Translations under genes and position numbers: made by a program
Assembly (NCBI GenBank): GCA_040753015.1
Contig: JBFMHM010000001.1
Span: forward strand, 82,731-146,730
From: Candidatus Omnitrophota bacterium
GTDB lineage: Bacteria; Omnitrophota; Gorgyraeia; Gygaellales; JBFMHM01
Direction of reading: 5' to 3'
DNA: 64,000 bases
Part shown: positions 57,716 to 64,000 of the stretch, one piece after another
How positions within the stretch are numbered: the first letter of the stretch is position 1
Layout: each line of letters starts with the position of its first letter
Notes under the pieces: model-generated
Told to the model about the DNA's origin: nothing
Seen by the model: the letters and a program-made list of their open reading frames with translations, nothing else
Database searches by the model: none

Positions 57716-58666
57716 TCAATAAATTGTCTTTTTCGGCTTAATATGAATACCAGCCAAATGGTCGAGCCCATAATCATCTTGAATCCAGCCGTTATCTAAA
57801 TCACATTCTTGCATAATCCTTTTTGCATCTTCATACTCTACGGAATTAATACGCCGGTTAATCTGCGAATAATTCATGGCTTTATAATATGGCGTATATT
57901 GACTCATTAGGCTAATATGAATATCTTTTGAAACCTTCTTTGTAATAAATCTCATAATTTCATATGTACCAGAAACATTATCAGGTAATACTAGATGCCT
58001 TATTATCATGCCTTTTTGCATAACATCATTTTTATTAAATTTTACCACGCCTACTTGCTTATACATCTCAATGACAGACTCTTGATTATGTTTTGGATAA
58101 TCAGGCGCGGAAGAGTATTTTATAGATTGATCTTTATCGGCATAGCGCATATCTACTAAATAAATATCTATAACCCCATCCAAAAGCTTAATTACATCTT
58201 CAAGTTCATAACCACTTGTATTATAAACTAATGGAATTTTAAGCCCAGCATCAATCGCTAGAACTAAAGCTTCTAGAATTTGCGGCATAAAATGTGTAGG
58301 AGTTACGAAATTTATATTGTGGCAACCTTGTCTTTGCAATTCAATCATATAATCAGCTAATACATTAATCGAAATTTCCTTACCTTTATCTAATTGGCTA
58401 AATTTATAATTCTGGCAATATACACATTTTAAATTACAATGAGAAAAAAATATTGTACCTGATCCATATGTGCCAGAAATTGGCGGTTCCTCACCGAAAT
58501 GCGGCGCATAACTATAAACAATGGGCAGCCTACCAACCCGACAAAATCCTCTATCGCCTTTTAGCCTATTTACTCCACAGCGACGCGGGCAAATTGAACA
58601 TTTTTCTAAAAGGCTAAGCGAAAAATCACGGCGTTGCTCTAGTATCTTTTTTGTTAATTTCTTCAT
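57716..58666 (-). CDS. radical SAM protein (AmmeMemoRadiSam-type / PflA-like)
   Basis: The N-terminus has CSICPRRCGVNRLKGDRGFCR. The CNLKCVYCQN triplet is the CxxxCxxC SAM cluster. Confidence 0.72.
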   Translation of the reverse strand: MKKLTKKILEQRRDFSLSLLEKCSICPRRCGVNRLKGDRGFCRVGRLPIVYSYAPHFGEEPPISGTYGSGTIFFSHCNLKCVYCQNYKFSQLDKGKEISINVLADYMIELQRQGCHNINFVTPTHFMPQILEALVLAIDAGLKIPLVYNTSGYELEDVIKLLDGVIDIYLVDMRYADKDQSIKYSSAPDYPKHNQESVIEMYKQVGVVKFNKNDVMQKGMIIRHLVLPDNVSGTYEIMRFITKKVSKDIHISLMSQYTPYYKAMNYSQINRRINSVEYEDAKRIMQECDLDNGWIQDDYGLDHLAGIHIKPKKTIY

Positions 58667-59177
58667 AGTACCGGTTTCTAATTTCGTTAAATATCTTAAT
58701 ATATTCCTGGCTTGTATAATCCGAATAAGTCAAAGGATTAGGATTAAACGTATTATTTTTAAAAGTAAGCGTTATTTCAGCAAAAATACCCCGGTTTAGA
58801 TAGATCCGATGCGAATAATTTTTTGTTGTTGCAAGAATCAGCTTTGCAAGGTCTATGTATCCAGGATCAATATTAATCGAACGCCTAGCTCCTATAGCCA
58901 ACTTTTGCTCTATTTTATTCGTAAAAATCTTTATACGGCTTATATCTTTGGGATTAATTAATTTTTTGAAAGAGGCAAACTTACGAATCAAATTTTTCCC
59001 AAACTCATCCTCATAATACTTAGTATAGATAAAAGCTAAATCATTTGATTCAAAATCAACCCGGCCAAATTTATTTTCGAGTATATTCTTAGCCTTTGTA
59101 TAATAATTTTGGTTACGAAAAATAAAACCGCAGATTAATTTTGTTTTATTAGGCAGGAAAATCTCACCCATTAACAC
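58626..59177 (-). CDS. hypothetical protein (possibly DUF4416 family)
   Basis: 183 aa. The N-terminus is PNKTKLICGFIF. It is translationally coupled to the downstream radical SAM gene. Confidence 0.4.
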   Translation of the reverse strand: MLMGEIFLPNKTKLICGFIFRNQNYYTKAKNILENKFGRVDFESNDLAFIYTKYYEDEFGKNLIRKFASFKKLINPKDISRIKIFTNKIEQKLAIGARRSINIDPGYIDLAKLILATTKNYSHRIYLNRGIFAEITLTFKNNTFNPNPLTYSDYTSQEYIKIFNEIRNRYYEEINKKDTRATP

Positions 59178-59509
59178 AAATTTTGTTTAATATATTCGGC
59201 TATTTTTTGTTGGTCGGTTTTCTTAATATCAGTAAAGAAAATTGCGATATGATTATCGCCGTCTGAATCAACTTCAGTTCTTACTACAACGCCAGAACAT
59301 ATTATCTTCTTATTGGCGCTTGACGGTAAAAACATTATAATTTTAAGCTTTGTCATCAGCTCAAAATGCTTACTTACTCGGCAATATAAACCAGACGCGC
59401 TAATATTTCTACTTTCGGCTTCGACGTCAAAACCTTCAAGTAAAAGTTTTAGGGGCATATCCTGATTGAGCCGTGGATATACCCTTCTCTCTAAAAAACT
59501 ATTCTTCAT
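59171..59509 (-). CDS. PilZ-domain protein
   Basis: RRVYPR (RxxxR) and NISASGLYC (D/NxSxGG) are the PilZ c-di-GMP binding motifs. Confidence 0.6.
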   Translation of the reverse strand: MKNSFLERRVYPRLNQDMPLKLLLEGFDVEAESRNISASGLYCRVSKHFELMTKLKIIMFLPSSANKKIICSGVVVRTEVDSDGDNHIAIFFTDIKKTDQQKIAEYIKQNLC

Positions 59510-59530
59510 TATCTTATTCCTGCCTATTAC

Positions 59531-59701
59531 TTAGGCTTTACTGGCAGATTTCTTCTGTTTTTCAGCGAATTTTCCATAGCAAGATTTACTACAATAATAT
59601 TTGCTATTTCTATAATAACGCTTAATTTTTTTAATACGCTTATTGCAAGCCGGGCAGTTAGTTACAACCGCCGCTGTCTCTTTCGCTGCTTCTTCGGGCA
59701 T
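59531..59701 (-). CDS. putative small zinc-ribbon protein (56 aa)
   Basis: Hand-translated as MPEEAAKETAAVVTNCPACNKRIKKIKRYYRNSKYYCSKSCYGKFAEKQKKSASKA. AGGAGG lies 6 nt upstream. It is not in the ORF track. Confidence 0.35.
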   Translation of the reverse strand: MPEEAAKETAAVVTNCPACNKRIKKIKRYYRNSKYYCSKSCYGKFAEKQKKSASKA

Positions 59702-59794
59702 ATACTTCCTCCTCTATAATTCATAAAATATTATTTGTATAAATATTATAATACAAATATATACAGCTAATTATTTAATATTATACCAAATTAT

Positions 59795-60478
59795 TCATCT
59801 CGGTTCAAATGAGATTATTATATCGAAAAACTCTTTGTCTTTACCCAGCTCTTTAGGAAATGATTGAAATGGCGATGCATTCCTAACTGACCTAGAGCCT
59901 GCCTTCTTTAAATTATTAGGTAAACTATTTATGCTATCTTCTATAATTTCTATATCTAGAATTTGGCCGATATTTGATATAGAAAATACTAAGCGAACTT
60001 CACCAGTTAAGCTTCTTTCATTATAAAGTTCTTGATAAGCAGAGTGCCTAATCTTTTCCCATATTTCAAAATAATATTTATTAAGCTCTGTTGGGTTTCT
60101 CCTGTATTCACTTTGGATATTGGTCAAATTTACGGCTTGTGCCATAGGCGGTTTTGATTCTACTTTAGGCTCAAGTAGTACGGTCTCAAGTTTTGCCTTG
60201 ATTATTTCTTGAGGAATTTTAGATAATATAAGCTTTTCTTGTTTAGGTTTAATATTATCGAGCGAATCTTTTTCTTTATAAACAGAAAATTGTTTTTCTT
60301 TATTAATAAAGCAATAACTTACTTCGATTTTCTTATCGGGAATAAAAGTAAACTGCCTAAATATAGGCATACGCCAAATAATCGCTCCATGAGCAATCAC
60401 TGAAATCCCAATCATTATTTTAAACAAATTTTTTGCATCCATTATCTTAATTAATATCGCTTTGCCTCTGCCCGGCAA
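59795..60478 (-). CDS. TM-anchored protein with TonB-C-like C-terminus; candidate Rhs immunity protein
   Basis: An N-terminal TM helix is followed by the C-terminal segment TGEVRLVFSISNIGQILDIEIIEDS. It lies immediately downstream of the Rhs toxin gene and overlaps it by 32 nt. Confidence 0.45.
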   Translation of the reverse strand: MPGRGKAILIKIMDAKNLFKIMIGISVIAHGAIIWRMPIFRQFTFIPDKKIEVSYCFINKEKQFSVYKEKDSLDNIKPKQEKLILSKIPQEIIKAKLETVLLEPKVESKPPMAQAVNLTNIQSEYRRNPTELNKYYFEIWEKIRHSAYQELYNERSLTGEVRLVFSISNIGQILDIEIIEDSINSLPNNLKKAGSRSVRNASPFQSFPKELGKDKEFFDIIISFEPR

Positions 60479-63400
60479 CCGCTATACCAGACATACCATA
60501 GCTGCCATTAATTCCATAAAGAGAAGTTGAAACTAAATAAGAAGTAGACCCGTGTGATAATGTAGTAGTAAAAGCCCCTACCGCACTCATGCCACCAGCC
60601 ATCAAAGTATTAAACGTTGCCTGATGACAAGTTGCTGTCCAAGGCATACCCCAAATAACACCTTTTGTCGGATCTAATAAGCTAAATTGAGCAGAATCAA
60701 CAAGAACACCATTAACATTAACCAAAGCATTTACATGTCTTATACCTAAAATATTAAACGTCTTTCCCAAAAATGGAACTTGACCAAAAGCAGCATCCGA
60801 CGTAACTAACCCTTGCTCCACAAAAGAAACTTTAGGATTAAGACCATTATGTGTTCTTATATAATTAGCTCCTGTACCCCCCAAATTATCTGGATTTAAT
60901 GTTTCTTTACCATATTCCATTATCGCCCCTTGTTGATTTTCTACCTTTGTATAGTTTGGGCCCGTATAATTTGCTGGCATAGTTATAGATGATAAACCTA
61001 TAAATAATGCAGAGGATAAAGCCGTATGCGATACTAGAGATGAAAAAAAATCAGCAAACCTAGGAGACATCCCCAATACATCATCAAAAAATTCTTTAGC
61101 AAACCATCTTACAAATTGCCTACCTATTCCAGTGTCCAATAATGCTGTTGCTCCGGCTGCAGCAGCTCCTGCAGTAAGTGCCACTGTAGCAAATCCAAAT
61201 TTTGTAATTAAAGGTGCAAACGATGGAACAAGTGCAACAGTTACTATAGCAAGCACAGCAGCAATAAGTGGTTTAAAAATTTTTTTCCAAAAATCCTTCC
61301 ATCCTAATCCAGTTGGATCTGTGTATTTTAACGGATTGTTTCTACAATAACTATAGCGATTGAAATCTTGTGGATCGTAAATCTTCTGAGTAGTTGGATC
61401 CGGAGTAATAAATCTTGCTAATTCTGGATCATAATATCTTGCTCCGTAAAAATATAAACCAGTATTATCAAGCTCTCTACCATTAAATTTATAATTCGTA
61501 AGGTTATCACCTTCTTCTTTTGCACTCAATCCATACGGATAATATTCATTAAGCTGAATAATTTCGCCTTGATCATTGGTAATAATATTTGAAGATCCTA
61601 AATGATCTCCGTGATAATATCTACGCGATATTAAACCTGACCCAGAAATAACTGAACATATTTTTTGCAAACCAAGGAAAATATGATTAGTTAAAACTGT
61701 ATCCTCATTTTTTGAATTAACTTCGTATAAATCACCCACATAAATAGTCGAATCTAAAATCTGGCCATTACTATTTATCAAATTTTTCTTATATCTTCCC
61801 CCATCTGAATCATAATAAAAACGTGCAACAACAGGCTGCTGTTCTTTTATTAGCTGCCCCGGAGCACTACAACGGATCAAATATCCCTTGCCAAGATTTA
61901 ATCGTGCATTAATTTGTGTTTGCTCAAATTGAGCTTGTTGATTATCAAACATGTATAGTGCCTCTATTAGATTATTTCCCGATAACTTAAAGTTAGCGCC
62001 AATAAAATTATACTGAGAAACAAAATTCACCTGAACCTGTTCATCAGGAATTCTGCCTCTAATGTGTACAACCTTAGGAACATTTGACGATATATAAATA
62101 AAATATCCTCTCCCGTATTCGAGTGAATTAAATTGATTATATATCACATCTTTTACAAAATGTTCGTAATTTTGTGTATAGGGATTAAGCCGCGAAACTT
62201 GAAGATAATCGCTTAGACTCAATTCATTAAGCACAGAAGTTACCGCTAAATCATTTGGAATAACACTTAAAGAAAATGTATTCCATCCTGGATTAAGAGT
62301 AACCTCAACAGTTTTTTCTAGTTGCTGTTCATTGCGCACTTCAACAAGTCGATTATTAACATCATAATCATAAGCGACTATAATTTGATCATTTAACAAC
62401 TTAGATTTTAAATTACCATTATAATCATATATAAAATTTCTTCCATCAGATAAAGATGTAAGCGCATGAGGCCCTCCATAAGATAGACCATTTCCTAAAT
62501 TCGGGAGGCCTTGTTTATCGTAAGAATAGTTTAAATAATTATTGCGAATCATGTTTCCTATTGAATCATAACGATAATCAATAAGCCCATAAGAAATTCC
62601 GTCTGCTTGTATAAGACGATTTAAAGAGTCATATCGGAAGCTTTGAGTATTAGTATGTATCTTATCCTGTATCTGAGTAATATTACCAACAGCATCAAAA
62701 ACATAAGTCAAATCCTGAAGTATGCGATTATTTTGATTTCGCGAAATCAAATGTTCTAATCTAATCGTATTTGGATTATAAGCGTATTCTCTTATATCGC
62801 CATTACCATATACAACACGGCTAATCTGCCCCAATTGGTTATAGTCAACTTCTTGCACATATTGAATATCATCACTAGCCACCCCGATTATTTGCCCTGT
62901 AACCGAATCATATGTATACCTTATTGTTGTATTGTCTGGGTAAATCAAAACTTTGGGTTGGCTCAATGCGTCAAACGTACGCCTCATTTCATATTGATTG
63001 GAATCTATTGTTTTTATTGTCCTTATTTCACGACCTAAAGCATCATAAAAAAATTCAACTTGACCATCAGGATATTCTATTGTCGAAATACGACCAATAG
63101 AATCTTGTTTCTGAATATCATCATATATATGTGTTGCTAAAATTGTTGGGTTATTTTGATTTGTAGAATCTCTCTTTTGCATTAAACGATTAAGTTCGTC
63201 ATACGCGAATTCAATAGTTTGCCCTTTTGCATCAATCTGGGCAACAAGGTTCCCAGCCAAATCATAACTATAATTATATAACCCCATATCCGAATCAATC
63301 ATTCTAATCTTCCTGCCCAAAGAATCGTAGGTAAAAATAATTTGATTGTTCTGATTATCTATTGCTTGGACTAAATTATTTTTTGTATCATATAAATAAG

Positions 63401-64000
63401 AAGTTCTATAATTTTCTACCGCACCACTATCAGGATTAACATAATGTTCCGTAATTTGAATTATCCTATTATATGCATCAGTTGTAAAAACAGTAGAATT
63501 CCCGTTTTCATCAATAATAGTTTTACTAAAACCATCATAATTTACACTTGATGAGCTATTGTCTGCATTTAGCGTTCTTATTACTCTCCCAAGCACATCA
63601 TAATCAATAACAATATGCGGCTGACTCAAATCTGGCTCTGAAAATTGGCCTTGGGGATCAAAGGAAAAATATGGCACATATTTCTCCTTCACTCTTCCTT
63701 GATAATCAAAAGTTTGCGTATCTTGAATTATATAACGGCTTTGATGAGTATTTGGATCGTTTTGCGCAGGAACCTTCGTTTGAATAAGCCTACCTAAACC
63801 ATCAAAAAAAGAAACAATCGTTAAATAGTTATTAAGATCAAAGTGATCTATATGATCTTTTTTAATTTTTTTAATAATTTTTGTCGGAGTCTCGCCTAAA
63901 CAATACTCATAGATTGCACTAGGATTATCTTCTGTATCAAAAGGCCCAATAACTTTAACAAGCCTACCCAAAGCATCATAAATATTACGACTTATCTGAT
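60447..64000 (-). CDS. Rhs/YD-repeat protein with novel hydrophobic C-terminal toxin domain (5'-partial; continues beyond window)
   Basis: Many YD repeats are present (YDSLGR, YDALGRE, YDYNGN; the frame stays open to the window edge with ...YDALGRL). The Rhs core reads GARYYDPELARFITPDPTT...YCRNNPLKYTDPTGL. About 290 aa follow, beginning with 2-3 predicted TM helices. Confidence 0.8.
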   Translation of the reverse strand, partial: QISRNIYDALGRLVKVIGPFDTEDNPSAIYEYCLGETPTKIIKKIKKDHIDHFDLNNYLTIVSFFDGLGRLIQTKVPAQNDPNTHQSRYIIQDTQTFDYQGRVKEKYVPYFSFDPQGQFSEPDLSQPHIVIDYDVLGRVIRTLNADNSSSSVNYDGFSKTIIDENGNSTVFTTDAYNRIIQITEHYVNPDSGAVENYRTSYLYDTKNNLVQAIDNQNNQIIFTYDSLGRKIRMIDSDMGLYNYSYDLAGNLVAQIDAKGQTIEFAYDELNRLMQKRDSTNQNNPTILATHIYDDIQKQDSIGRISTIEYPDGQVEFFYDALGREIRTIKTIDSNQYEMRRTFDALSQPKVLIYPDNTTIRYTYDSVTGQIIGVASDDIQYVQEVDYNQLGQISRVVYGNGDIREYAYNPNTIRLEHLISRNQNNRILQDLTYVFDAVGNITQIQDKIHTNTQSFRYDSLNRLIQADGISYGLIDYRYDSIGNMIRNNYLNYSYDKQGLPNLGNGLSYGGPHALTSLSDGRNFIYDYNGNLKSKLLNDQIIVAYDYDVNNRLVEVRNEQQLEKTVEVTLNPGWNTFSLSVIPNDLAVTSVLNELSLSDYLQVSRLNPYTQNYEHFVKDVIYNQFNSLEYGRGYFIYISSNVPKVVHIRGRIPDEQVQVNFVSQYNFIGANFKLSGNNLIEALYMFDNQQAQFEQTQINARLNLGKGYLIRCSAPGQLIKEQQPVVARFYYDSDGGRYKKNLINSNGQILDSTIYVGDLYEVNSKNEDTVLTNHIFLGLQKICSVISGSGLISRRYYHGDHLGSSNIITNDQGEIIQLNEYYPYGLSAKEEGDNLTNYKFNGRELDNTGLYFYGARYYDPELARFITPDPTTQKIYDPQDFNRYSYCRNNPLKYTDPTGLGWKDFWKKIFKPLIAAVLAIVTVALVPSFAPLITKFGFATVALTAGAAAAGATALLDTGIGRQFVRWFAKEFFDDVLGMSPRFADFFSSLVSHTALSSALFIGLSSITMPANYTGPNYTKVENQQGAIMEYGKETLNPDNLGGTGANYIRTHNGLNPKVSFVEQGLVTSDAAFGQVPFLGKTFNILGIRHVNALVNVNGVLVDSAQFSLLDPTKGVIWGMPWTATCHQATFNTLMAGGMSAVGAFTTTLSHGSTSYLVSTSLYGINGSYGMSGIAVAGQRQSDIN

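Noticed and set aside
56938-57777. Full-length 279-aa coiled-coil ORF starting at 57777
   Set aside because: The first 23 codons overlap the radical SAM gene by 62 nt. The internal Met (MMPFLF...) gives a clean signal or anchor start, so the shorter model is preferred.
1-64000. CRISPR arrays, rRNA genes, IS transposases or integrases
   Set aside because: No regularly spaced direct repeats with unique spacers were seen, nor transposase or integrase motifs (DDE, tyrosine or serine recombinase), nor rRNA-like conserved blocks. The repeats present are the leader elements, the palindromes and the gene-fragment duplications described above.

Overview
AT-rich bacterial chromosomal segment using the standard code (TGA stops). 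The lineage looks diderm (outer-membrane beta-barrel ending in Phe, TonB-C-like, ExeA/GspA-like, PilZ and Rhs proteins). A housekeeping backbone carries the ExeA fragment, a UbiA-family prenyltransferase, guaB-like, guaA, dnaE, dinB, hup, hisS, aspS (no GAD insertion), ybeY, recO, polX, apbE, panB, glyQS, ppdK, a sigma-70 factor, apt, tRNA-Arg(CCT), arfB, yraN-comM-dprA, a beta-CASP RNase and a radical SAM enzyme. Several accessory blocks interrupt it. (1) An island of about 8 kb at roughly 9.1-17.7 kb is bounded by a duplicated cupin-gene 5' end on the left and a truncated nnr/yjeF_N pseudogene on the right. It contains two 165-nt repeated leader elements with a covarying hairpin and recurring CCGGAATT operator-like sites. 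It also holds a zinc-ribbon protein, a small protein plus nucleotidyltransferase-fold pair, a T5orf172 - N6A-methyltransferase - DUF262/HNH operon, and an FRG-domain - Cas4-like PD-(D/E)XK nuclease - membrane-protein operon. This is the best candidate for an undescribed defence assembly. (2) Two paralogous secreted CARDB-like repeat proteins share an identical 312-bp 3' end. (3) A 1727-aa secreted HEAT-repeat giant protein carries in-frame GC-rich palindromes, and a partial duplicate of its promoter and 5' end lies 4.2 kb away next to an AbiEii-like nucleotidyltransferase and HTH pair. (4) A partial Rhs/YD-repeat toxin has a novel hydrophobic C-terminal domain and an overlapping downstream candidate immunity gene. 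(5) A tRNA-Arg is preceded by two partial 5'-half copies carrying palindromic inserts. No rRNA, CRISPR array or recognisable transposase was seen.
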